A stretch of DNA of 64,000 nucleotides, from assembly GCF_009914755.1 (NCBI RefSeq), contig NC_060929.1, one strand, 5' to 3'. Positions 40,286 to 52,463 of this stretch are shown piece by piece. Source of the DNA: the human T2T-CHM13v2.0 reference genome, Homo sapiens. Position 1 is the stretch's first letter; every line of letters starts with the position of its first letter. The translations under genes and the position numbers were made by a program. The notes below the pieces were generated by a model. It was not told the origin of the DNA. It did no database searches and worked only from the letters and a program-made list of their open reading frames with translations.

Positions 40286-42027
40286 AATATTATTAACAAC
40301 TTGAAGAGACTGAAAAAGGAAATCCTACAACACTTTTAAAAGTTAAATTGTATTAAATCTTAATAAAGACAACAGAATTTTCTCCTTTATATCTCAGGAA
40401 TATTATTTCATGCTTGTAAAACTTCTTTGTCATATGTATCATCATATATGATCCTTACAACTATTCACACGAGGGTGATGGATATTATTCTCATTCCCAG
40501 CTTGAAGAAACTAAAGATCAGTTGCCTAAAGATCCCCCTCAAACTTCTGCCTCAATTTGTGCTCACTCTCCTTGGGTGCCTCCAGTTGTGTTTGTTCTCA
40601 TCTGAGATATGGGACTTGAAAAATGGCACCTGAGCAGAATGTTCATTTGTTTACAATATTCCCCACCCACTGGAAGTTGTATGTCCTCTGAAGGCCACTG
40701 GTTATACTCATAAGATGCATGCCTTTTATCATGTGATTTTATCTGTTAATGCTTATTCAGTTAAAACTATCAGAATCAGCTGTTCTTCAGTAAGCCTCAT
40801 GGCTGAATCAGCGCCAGAGTTATTTAATCTTAAATAGCACAAGTTCTGTTGCTAATATACTTACTAGTGCAGTTTTTAACCAAAGAAAGATTCCGATTCT
40901 TTTATTATGATTATGTCTTTTGTATAAGTTACAAAAAGTCATATACACAAGGTATGGGGCCCGCAAAGTTTTTTTTTCTTAAATAGATTTGTTATGAAAA
41001 TAATCACATCTTTTATAGGACTTTATGGCTTATAAAGCATTTTTAATTTATCTTTCCACTTGAGGTGGCAGGGTCATATGGTTCCTCCATTTTACAGATC
41101 AGGAAAGTGAGGCTTGGAGAAGCTAAGTTTTCATTACTAGTTAAAAAGAGTTCCTGGGACTATAACCCATGTCTCATGGTTGAAATTGGGCTCCTTTCAG
41201 GTCACTGTCAAAAAGTTGTCGAGTCCCATATGGTATTTTTTCGGTACATTGTTTTAGATATTTAAACTTGGGTCTTCCCCAAAACTAACCTTGAGTTATA
41301 ATCAAATCGTGTGAGAAAAGAATCATATTAGTATTAGAAAAACAATGCTCTTTGTGACATCTCCACAACCAAGTAAGGACTGCTTTGTGAAGTCCAGAGG
41401 CTATTTTTCTTTACAAATATTTTACAAGACAAACTTATACCTTTCTAAAAAGGCACATCTGTTGTAAATTACTCCCTTACAGAAAGAGAGAATCACCATC
41501 CCTTCTCCCCATCTGAGCTTAAAAGAGATTTGTTGATATATTCTAAGGCTAGCATAGACAAAACAGCACAGGAAAGAGGAGGTGGTCAGCAGGACCAGGG
41601 TTCAGCTTTGCTTAAAGTAATTCCACATGCCCCATGACCATTAGCTGTTTTTTATTTCCTGCTCTGAAGATCCATAGTGAAAATAATCTGGGATAGGGAA
41701 AAGCTGCACTTATTATTTTTTTTCCCCAACAAGATGCTGTGTTAGCAAATAGAAGATATGAGCCACCTTCAGCAAACCAAGGTCTTTAATAACCCATTTT
41801 TCAAACACTACTGGTATTTCCTTTCCAAACAAAGATGGACTGTGACTGGAATCAATTTCATCATTTGTATGGTTACAATTGCCAAGTTTCTGGAAATAAT
41901 CGCCATTTAAATACTGGATAATATTTTTACATGAAGCCAACAACAGTTTTATTGCTATTTAATTTCCATGATTTGTTTGTTTGCTGTAAGTCTTCAGTGT
42001 CTGCGAGCATGACGTTTGGGGATAGGG

Positions 42028-42770
42028 AACAGTCTTAAGAACAAATCAGGATAAAAGCAATGTCAAAGTCATGTTAAAGGCATGACTTGAATCCACCAAA
42101 TGAGAAATTAGCATTAGGAAAAAATGATTTGCTCCACCACTTTGGGCTTTTATTTCTCAATTTCCTTATAAGCTGCAAAACAGTAACATCATCCACCACT
42201 TTCAGACCTTGGCATAATGCAGGAAACCCAGAACAGGACTGAGAATTCAATTGTCCTCCTTAAGATAATAGAGTTCTTCAATGAAATTCAACAAAACATA
42301 GCAGATGTCAGTATAAATAAAGGGCCTGGCAAATTTGAGGGGAACTAGGCCATCTTTCTCTATTGATGCCATATGTAGCACATACCTGAATAACAACTTA
42401 GTGTTCTATGGGATGCTGCTGATATATGGGGTAGGCCTGTCCCCTAAACCCCTTCCTTACTGCAGAGTAAATCACTAGAACAGGCTCATTCTGAGGTCAA
42501 CCTGGAAGAAAATTCCAAAGGCCTACTTTATTCAGCTTATGATAACGTTGGTTACTTAGTGGTGTGGATCATGATGCCTTTCAATTTATTTGAGGGAGAA
42601 AGGGCAAGAAAAAGATGAGAATCAATTTCAAAAATGGCTCAAATTCTTAAACTAGGGATGGCTATTGGTTTAACAGGATAAAACAGTCTTAAGAGCAAAT
42701 CAGGATAAAAGCAATGTCGAAGTCATGTTAAAGGCCTGACTTGAATCCACCAAACGAGAAATTAGCATTA
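42028..42770 (+). repeat. Dispersed 89-bp direct repeat pair (42028-42116 and 42682-42770)
   Basis: Ungapped, 4 mismatches in 89 bp. Confidence 0.95.
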
Positions 42771-42904
42771 ATAAAACAAGTTCTTTAGAAATGGTAGTTT
42801 ATGTATCTGCGTCTTAAAATTCTGCATTTACAATAAAAGTGGGATGGGCATGGATTGAGGCTATGATGTACTTTCCTGGGCCTGTCCTAATCAAGCCGAG
42901 GGAT

Positions 42905-43085
42905 GTTGTAGGCTTAAATCCTGTTGTGCATTTTACGAGTCATGTGACCTCTCAGATACTTGGTTTTCTCTTCAGTAAGACAGAGATCATATCTACCCAA
43001 TAGGAGTTGATGTGGGAACAGAATGAAATCATGTGTGTAAAGCAACTGGCATGCTAATAGATACTATATAAATACTAGTTTTCTT
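42905..43085 (+). mobile_element. MIR
   Basis: aaatcctg...tgtgacct...ttttctcttcagtaagacagagat...tgtgtaaagcaactggca. Confidence 0.7.
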
Positions 43086-43254
43086 CTCACCCACTGTCTT
43101 TCTTCCCAAACGGTAATATTTTCATTTTTTCTGCCTGATTTCTCTCTCATTTTCTTTCCCCCGCACTGGCTAGAGTTTGTATTTAGGGGCCTGCTTATCA
43201 TTCACTTCATTCATGTCATCTCTTCATTTGAGTAGTATTTTGTTTAGCCAAATC

Positions 43255-44945
43255 TCAATTCATTTCTTTTATTCATTTACTCAATAAATATTTATTGAAC
43301 ACCAACTACATATCAGACACTATTCTAGGCTCTGAGGATACTGGACTCTGGGGATACAATGATAAGCAAGATAGCACCAAGCAAATACATGGATAAACAA
43401 ACAAAAACAGCAGATAGTAAAAAGCGCAATGAAGAGACCTGAAATGGGTACATGGGCTGGACAGTGACCCAGTGGTCAGTGAGGGCTGCTCTAATGATAA
43501 AACTCTGTAGTTGAGAACAGTTTTGGTCAGGAAAACAGAAACTACTCTAAGTATTTCAAACAAAGGGAATTGAACACAAGGAAGTAGCTACACAGGTGAT
43601 GGAAGAATTGAGCATCAAATAGAGTGTGGCAGACATGAGCAACGCAGAAAGCCACTAGCAGAGGGACGTTACTGAAGCCCAGATGATGGTCACATGGACC
43701 AACTCTGTGGCAGGAGTGGCACCATGGAGCGGGTGCTTGGCAGTACAATATTTGGGATTATGGAGGGATCTGTCTGGTGGAGAACTGAACCACAGAGGAG
43801 ACCCAGTCACCTAGTCACTGCTGGATAATGTCCGTGAAACCAGAGAGACATATCAAGGGGGTTGAGGGAGAATGAGAGAAGAGAATTGTCCTGTTTTTTT
43901 CCTTCTTCCCTTTTCCCAGTCTCCTTCCAGTATCTCCCATTGGCCAAATCCCCAAAAGAATGTGATTTGCAAGAGAAGAGTAAGTGAGGATCACCTGGAA
44001 GTATACAAGCAAGAACCAGCACAAGATAACAATGATGGGAAGGAATTAACCAGGAGAAGTGCACGTAGTACAAATGTGCTAAGGCAAAATACAAACTCAA
44101 CTTGCTTGAGGAAACAAAGGATGCCTGAACATGGTAGCCAGTGAAGAGGGAGCACAGGATGACAGAGAAATAGTGCCACAGAGGGAGGCTTGTAACCAGA
44201 ATGAGGAGTAGAGATTTTATTCCAAAGCATGATGGGAAGCCATTGGAATGTTTTAAACAGAGGAAGAACATTACATTTTGTTTACTTGTTTTGTTACTAG
44301 CTCTTACACAGAATAATTTACATTTTTAAAATACCACTTAGGTAGAAATATACTGTGTGGGGAAAACAAGATAGTTAGGAGGCTACTACAGTAGCCCACA
44401 AAAAGATGATAGCTTAGACCAGGGTGGATATATTCGGGATGTTTTGAAAGTAAAGTCACCATAGACATATTACTAGATTGAATGTGGAAACCAAGAAAAA
44501 CAGAAATCAGAGAATTGCTTACATGTTTGGCTTGAGCAACTGGGTAAATGAGACTTAGTTTTTTGAGACAGGGTCTCACTCTGTCACCCAGGCTGCAGTA
44601 CAGTGATGCAAACATGGCCCACTGCAGCCTTAACTTCTGGGCTCAAGCAATCCTCCCACCTCAGCCTCCTGAATAGCTGGGACCACTGGCACATGATACT
44701 ACACTCAGCTAATTTTTTGTTTTTTGTAGACATGGGGTCTTGCCATGTTGCCCAGGCTGGTCTCGAACTCAAGCAATCCTCCTGCCTTGGCCTCCCAAGG
44801 TGCTGAGATTACAGGCATGAGCCATCACACCTGGCCGAGGCTGATTTTACTGCCCTAGGGAAGAGTGGAGCAGGAGCAAGCTTGGGAAAAGGGCAGATGA
44901 AGAGTTGTGTTTGGGCTGTGAAAAAGTATGAGGTGCCCAGTGGAT
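43255..44945 (-). mobile_element. L2 fragments interrupted by an old LTR-like segment (~43490-44030) and an Alu
   Basis: attcatttactcaataaatatttattgaacacc (antisense L2 3' end); gggaagccattggaatgttttaaacagagg; gttaggaggctactacagtagccca. Confidence 0.65.
44558..44836 (-). mobile_element. AluJ
   Basis: Antisense Alu gagacagggtctcactctgtcacccagg...acaggcatgagccatcacacctggcc. Confidence 0.88.
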
Positions 44946-45298
44946 CTTTTACCTCAGTCTTGTTTGTGCCAAAGATTCCTGCATCAAGTAAGGAGGAGGA
45001 CATGTTCTCAATGGAAACCAGCAAGAAACAGTAACACAGAGACAGGTTTTAAAGCCATGCCTTATAGAAAGAGGAGCTCATTGGACATCTCATGAAAGTA
45101 CCCCTGGCGGTTATCTGTAACTTGCCCTTTACTCATTCTTTGAGGCCTCTTCTTCCTTGGTAACACCCTATTCCCAGATGTTTCAGAAGGAAATCTGAAG
45201 TAGATACTTGTCACCATTTGGGAACCTCTATAATAAAATAAAATCATAAATACTCTGAGTTCTGGATCATAGTTGTTAGCATCTCCAGCCAAAGAAAC

Positions 45299-45340
45299 AA
45301 ACACACTCCACACACACACACTCCACACACACACACACAT
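45299..45340. repeat. Interrupted (CA)n microsatellite
   Basis: acacactccacacacacacactccacacacacacacacat. Confidence 0.85.
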
Positions 45341-45620
45341 TGCAGAACACCAATATAAAATCAAGTACCTCTGTTAAAATGTAAGAAGACCTTCACTAGG
45401 AAGGAATTGGGAAATACTGCCACTGCAAGGGAGGGTGATCTTACTTTCACTTCTTTTCTTTGAATATACATTCCAGGAAGACAAAGAACAAATTTTTTTT
45501 GGTATAGTTTCTTGTAGAGCTTAATAAATCTCTACATACGTGGGGGAATTTAAGATTGTTTTGAGTTTAATTTAGGATTGTTTTGGGTCTAATAGGGGGA
45601 ATTTAGGATTGTTTTGATAA

Positions 45621-45737
45621 TGTGGCCCAAGACAATTCTTCTTCCATTGTGGCCCAGGGAAGTCAAAAGATTGGACACCCCGATTCTAAAGGTTTGTGTA
45701 TTTCTTCTTAGAATTCTTATTTGCTTAATAAATTTAA
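45621..45737 (-). repeat. Partial MER30 end plus flank, a copy of 46750-46866
   Basis: tgtggcccaagacaatt...aaaagattggacaccc + attctaaaggtttgtgtatttcttcttag present at both places. Confidence 0.9.
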
Positions 45738-46596
45738 ACAATTAGTCCTGAATTTTTTAAGTGTTTAGACTACTGCCTAGTATGTAGTAAGTTCTCAAAA
45801 ATGTTACTTATTAACATTTTATTACTATTATTTGTTACTGTAATTATCTGAGTGCTGATAGATTACAATAAATATTGACTTTTCCTACCTGATTCTTGAT
45901 GTTTCTGTAATGTCAGATATACACAAACGTTTAAATGCCTCTGTTTATGAATGCTCCCTGATTGTAAGCAGGAAAGTTACAACAATCTGCTCTTCCTCAA
46001 ACATACTGTGCAGAGTTGATAGAAATTATTTTGAACCTTCTGGTTTGTGTGACTTTTTGGCACATCTACCAGTATTATGAATTAGATGATTTATCTGAGC
46101 CAAACTGCTGCTATGTAGAAATACAAATAGAAATACCATTCTGCAGACAGACAGATAGCTGGGGAAAACAATGTTATAAATTAACATTAAAAATTTATTA
46201 TTCACTTTATTAATCTAAATATCAAAACTAATTTTTACATTCTTGTTTTTCTATTTCTGAGAATAATTTAGATACTTTAGTAAATGGGCATTTATTTATT
46301 CTTTTACCTTAGGAGAGATAATGGGCAATATTCAATTAAAAATGTAAAATCAGTGATACCAGGTAGCATTACTCCTGTAAGGTCATTTTATAGAAAGCTA
46401 CCTAGTGGCAAATGTCCTGTGAGTTTCATCACTTAGGGGAAAAGTTAGTTTTTAGCAATTACATTTAAACATGGTTTTAAGAAATATTAAAAGACAGTAT
46501 TGCTACATTCCACAAAGGATTCATTGACAGGCAGTGTTAACAGTGCAGATTGCTATGATTTTATTCTGCTAGGATACAGTGTGCATCCATCTAAAG

Positions 46597-46812
46597 CAAG
46601 CTCGTCCAATCCATGGCCTGCATGCAGCCAAGGATGTCTTTGAATGTGACTCAACACAACTTCGTAAACTTTTCTTAAAACATTATGAGACTTCGTGATT
46701 TTTTTTTTTCTTAGCTCATTAGCTGTTGTTAGTGTTATTGTATTTTATGTGTGGCCCAAGACAATTTTTCTTCCAGTGTGGCCCAGGGAAGCCAAAAGAT
46801 TGGAAACCCCTG
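46597..46812 (-). mobile_element. MER30 (hAT-Charlie) non-autonomous DNA transposon, full length
   Basis: caagctcgtccaa...ccagggaagccaaaagattggaaacccctg; tctaaag on both flanks as an approximate 8-bp TSD. Confidence 0.88.
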
Positions 46813-46908
46813 ATTCTAAAGGTTTGTGTATTTCTTCTTAGCACTTTATTTGCTTAAAAAATTTAAGAAACTTTTTAGCTGCTTAAAAAATTAGTCAAAT
46901 CATCCTGG

Positions 46909-47287
46909 TGCTATAGACTGAATGTTTTTGGTCCTGCCCCATCCCCACCAAATTCATATGTTGAAAACTAATCTCCAATCTTATGATATTTGGAGGTGGG
47001 GCCTTTGGGAGGTGATTACATCATGAGGGTGGAACTCTTATGAGTGGGATTAGTGACCTTATAAAACAAACCCTAGAGAGTTCTTCTGCTCCATTCTGCC
47101 ATGTGAGGACACAGCTGAAAGACAGCTGTCTATAGAACCAGGAAACAGGCTCTCACCACACACTGGATCTGCCAGAGTCTCGATCTTGGACTTTCTAGCC
47201 TCCAGAACTGTGAGATACAAGTTTCTGTTGTTTATAAGCCACTCAGTCTATGACATTCTGTTACAACAGCCTGAACAGACTAAGACA
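46909..47287 (+). mobile_element. MLT1A-type MaLR solo LTR
   Basis: TG...CA termini: tgctatagactgaatgttt...aaattcatatgttgaaa...cctccagaactgtgaga...gaacagactaagaca. Confidence 0.9.
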
Positions 47288-48053
47288 CTTAAAAAATTAT
47301 TCAAATCATTCAGGTATGGTTTATAAAATTATTTTTATATATTAAAATTTTATGCCTATAGTGTTTAAATTTAAAGTTGAAGTCTGCATAATTATTTAGA
47401 GTAATTTTATCTATTCCAAATATGGCAAATTTTATCATTCTCATCTACTTTATTATTTAAGCTAGTTGTGTTAGAGAGTGTTAAAAATTATTTGGAACAC
47501 ATGTTGGAAAATCATTTTCAAAGTTACTATTTCAAAAAAATTTTAATGCAACTGAAGTCAGAGAACAGGGAGAGCAAAGAATTTTCCATTAGATGTCCTG
47601 CTTTATCTTACTTGCAGGAATTATATGAGGGATGAGGTATTTCTCAGGGCTAGAAGGTGGACATCAAAAGGTTTGTGGCTTTAGGCAAATATCCAAAACC
47701 CATACTAATGTAATAAGTTATCCAGTGTCCTCAAGCACAGCAATACGATCAATACAGGATTTCCATCATCTTTCGTTAGAACAAAATTCTAGAGGTCATA
47801 AAGTGGGTCTGTGTGTATTTTGTATCAGCACAGCATAGGTGCTAATCGCTGGGGTGTTAGGATGGTCACAAGTAATATTCCCTTCTCAAATCAGTAAAAT
47901 GGGATAATCCATATCTTAAAGGAACATTAGTAGGATTAAGGAAAATATCTGATTAGAAAAGAAGCCCCCTTCCCTATTTCCTGGATATGTCTGTAGTCAC
48001 CAACTTGGAAAAAACAAAAATCACATCTAATGTTACAGAAAATACCTCAGTAT

Positions 48054-48414
<361 letters not shown>

Positions 48415-48916
48415 CTAGTTCTGTGATCTCTCAAACGTGTAGAGTGATATTGTAATTAACATTGAAATTATCCCTTCATGTACCTCCAATGCGCACTAAA
48501 TGTACCAGCTGCCACTTACATACCACCACCACCATCCTTTCCAGAATTTCTGTAAGCACTGCTGATCAAACGCAAACACTCACTGGTACTAATTAAAATA
48601 GCTGTTCATTCCTCTGTAGACAGACATGGCATGAAAATCATTAATATTTTTTAGGATGCAGTCTTATAACATGTATTGTACTTCTTTCCAATCTATTGTG
48701 GAAAACTTGGAAAATAAACACAAACATAGAGTAAAAAAAACTCTGGTAAACATTATTAACATTTTAGGGTATATCTTTCTAGTATCTTTTCCACTTATTA
48801 ATCTTTGTGTTACTGTTAATCATGTGGTTACTATGTGTCAAACACTGTGTCAGATGATGGGATTCAATGAAGAAGTCAGGCCTGATCTGGAATCTGTTAT
48901 ATTGAACATATACATT

Positions 48917-49130
48917 TGTTGGGCCTAAAGTAATCCTCCCACTTCAGCCTCCCAAGTAGCTGGGACTATAGGCTGTGCCACTACACCTGGCGAATTTTTG
49001 TACATTTTGGAGAGATAGGATCTCACTATTTTGTCCAGGTAGGTCTTAGACTCCCGGCCTAAAGCAATCCTCCCACCTCGGCCTCCCAAAGTGCTGGGAT
49101 TACAGATGTGAGTGAGGCATCATGCCTAGT
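48917..49130 (-). mobile_element. Partial AluJ
   Basis: aatcctcccacttcagcctcccaagtagctggg...cccaaagtgctgggattaca. Confidence 0.8.
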
Positions 49131-49179
49131 CTCTTTCTTTCATTTTTAAGGCACAAATAGTAGCATATGATAAATATTT

Positions 49180-49570
49180 CCATGCTTTTTTTTCTTATTT
49201 AACCATGTTTCTTAGAGATTGTTCCATATCAGTGTTGAAAAGCTTCCTCATTCTTCCAGCTTCATCATGACCTATGGTATTGATGTACCATTATTTATTT
49301 AATCCGTTTTCCCTTAATAGATGTTTAGGTTCTTTATCAGTTTTTTGCTACCACAAAAAAAGTAGTAGCAAAGAACACCTTGTCTATGTGATAATTGACC
49401 TGTGTGAGTGTATCTGTAGTATAAACTTCTACTACAAGAAGTGGAATTGTTTGGCCAAAGGATTTGTGTTTTTGTAATTTTGGTACTTACTGCCAAATCG
49501 CCTTCCAAAAGAGATTGTACAGTTTCCACTCCCACCAGGAGGACACGGAGTTACCCATTTCCTTGCCAGG
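49180..49570 (-). mobile_element. Old L1M fragment
   Basis: gatgtaccattatttatttaa...tttaggttctt...actgccaaatcgccttccaaaagagattgtacagtttccactcccaccag. Confidence 0.65.
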
Positions 49571-49694
49571 CCGTGTCACAGACATGCCTTCTCTTTTCCA
49601 TGTATTTTCAAGACTACTTGGAGACCCAGACTAGTTGCTGTGGGGGCTCCATAGTGTCACTTTTTACACTTTTAACCACATTATTTGTCTACAT

Positions 49695-49948
49695 TTTTGG
49701 TTTTTGTTTTTGAGACAGGGTCTCAAAATAGTTTCAACCTCCTGGCTCAAGCAATCCTCCCATCTCAGCCTCTCAAGTAGCTGAGACTACAGGCGTACAC
49801 CGCCATGCCTGGTTAATTTTTTTTTTAAATAGAGACAGGGTCTTTCCATGATGCCCAGGCTGGTCTTGAACTTCCAGGCTCAAGAGATCTCCTTATCTCA
49901 GCCTCCTAAAGCGCTGGGATTATAGGCATGAGCCACTGTGTTGGGCCT
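49695..49948 (-). mobile_element. AluJ with internal deletion
   Basis: gagacagggtctca...ctcaagcaatcctcc...ataggcatgagccactgtg. Confidence 0.82.
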
Positions 49949-50581
49949 ACATTATGTTTCAGATTAAGTGATATTCATTTTGATTTACAGGATAGAGTAC
50001 ATAATATACATAAGAGAACAGTTTCACTCTATATAAATAGCCAAACCAGTTGAGTATTTTCCAGTAATAAGAAGGTCATGAATAACTTCTAAACTACTGA
50101 TAGACTAAGTATAATTTTTCTTAAGTGCCAATTTCCACCAAAATTGCTACACTAAAAGAGACTTTAAAATAGTATCTGTGCATTATATCTAAGGTATCTA
50201 ACTCGACAGTATGTTCAAATAAATGTGTCTATTTTATTCCTTTGGATGGGTTATCAAGCAGGGAAGTCAACACAGTAGTAGAGAAAGGCAGTACAGCAAT
50301 TGGGTAAAGTACACAGGCTATAGAGCCAATCACCTTGGGTTTGGACAGACCTTGGTTTCAACCCACTACCCCTGGTTTTGGACCTTGCTAACCATTATGT
50401 ATGTCCATGTGTACCTTACTTATTCCATTCAAACTTCAGCTTCTTTATCTCTAAAACATGATTAGTAATACTTGGTTATTTGAAAGATTCAATTATACAC
50501 AATAAATGGCCACCTCAACCACCACTATCACTTACAATATTGCTATGGTAGCACAGTCCCAAATTCAAATATTTGATCTTC

Positions 50582-50904
<323 letters not shown>

Positions 50905-51361
50905 TTATATAGATAAATAAAGGCAATGTAAATATAGATTAACCCTGAGAACTTAGTGTAACCAAAATCACAATCTTGAATTAACCTTGAAAGATTAATA
51001 CCAAAATGCCAGCCTCTTTCACACATACATACACACACACCCTTGCATGCATATTTTAAATGAGAGACTGCAAGAAACACAGAGTCCATGAAGATCTCTG
51101 TGTGAACTCCTTCTGAGTCATTTTCAGGAGGTAATAGAGGTAAATTCTGATTACTTAACTGGCAAAAATACACTACGTAGTTGTATTTGATTTACTGAGA
51201 TAACATGGAGAGGTCACTGCATTATTTTTTAACTTGCAGAAAAAGTTCATTAACTCATTGAGAGTCTACTCTGTACTTGGTACCATGCCAGGCATAGGAT
51301 AGAGAGCTAATCCCAACAGACATGGAGACCCTGACTTCATGATGCTTATAGTCAAGTGAAA

Positions 51362-51576
51362 TTTTTCTTTTCTTTGGAGACAGGATCTTGCTCTTTTAAC
51401 TCAGGCTGCAGTGCCGTGGCAATGATCATGACTCACCACAGCCCTGACCTCCTGGGCTGAAGCGAACCTCCTGCCTTAGCCTCTGGAGTACCTGGGACCA
51501 AGGCATGTACCACCACATCCAGCTAATTTTTAAATTTTTTTGTAGAGAAAGAATCTCACTATGTTTTCCAGGCTGA
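51362..51576 (-). mobile_element. Truncated AluJ
   Basis: gagacaggatcttgctc...ggctgcagtgccgtggc...tttttgtagaga. Confidence 0.78.
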
Positions 51577-52056
51577 GGTAGAATATTTTTATCTCAGAGA
51601 AGGAGGGAGGGAGGGAGGGAAACAGTGCAAGTAATATGCTTTTGCTGGGCCTCCTGGTGATAGCAGAAACACTGCCAGATAATGGTAGTATCTAACATAT
51701 TGGGGCACACATCTAAGTAGAAGAGATAGGCTCTAACCCAGAGCAGTAAGCTTAGATATTAGAATAAAGCATAATTTCAAATTCTAAGCACCCAAATAGT
51801 TTGATGTCATTTATTACCAAAAATTCTTGTCACTGTTTGAATACTAAATAGGGATGTTTCTTGAGTGAGTACTGAATAGAAAAAATTAAAATAGGGAGTC
51901 CTGTAGTTTTGTTTCAATAACTCCAATTTATACAGGTTCTTAAATATTTGCAATAACCATTACTGAGGAATAGTTCCATTTCCTCTATCAATAACCAGTT
52001 ACATAAGTTATCAACTCTTTACTAAAAGAAAATCTAATTTGATTCAATTAGAATTA

Positions 52057-52350
52057 CTTTTGTTTGAGACAGAATCTCACTCTGTAGCTCAAGCTGGAGT
52101 CCCGTGGTGCGATCTTGGCTCACTGCAACCTTTGCCTCTGGGGCTCAAGTGATTCTCCTGCTTCAAGCCTCCCAAATAGCTGGGAGTAGAGGTGTGCGCC
52201 ACCACACTTGGTTAATTTTTTTGTATTTTTAGTAGAGACGGGGTTTCACCATGTTGCCCTTGGTGGTCTCAAACTCCTGAGCTCAGGCGATCCACCTGCC
52301 TCGGCCTCCCAGAGTGCTGGGATTACAGGCGTGAGCCACCGCACCCGGCC
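52057..52350 (-). mobile_element. AluS
   Basis: Full antisense Alu ending gccaccgcacccggcc. Confidence 0.9.
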
Positions 52351-52429
52351 AGAATTTGAATTCTTAAAACTAGCTAAATGCCATTCATCAGAAGCGAAAC
52401 AGCTAATCTCAAGCCACGAATAATGCGTG

Positions 52430-52463
52430 CTCACCACCTAGTGGCACTTGTGGCAAACTGCAG
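52430..52463 (-). promoter_or_regulatory. Candidate CTCF site (core plus upstream motif)
   Basis: Minus strand reads CTGCAG TTTGCCACAAGTG CCACTAGGTGGTGAG: core CCACYAGRKGG match with TGCAG at the known upstream spacing. Confidence 0.6.

Noticed and set aside
42028-42770. Miniature LTR element (TRIM-like) bounded by the 89-bp repeats
   Set aside because: No TG..CA termini, primer-binding site, polypurine tract or target-site duplication
43807-44271. 154-aa minus-strand ORF and overlapping ORFs
   Set aside because: Lie in LTR/L2 remnants, have non-ATG or weak starts and no recognisable domain
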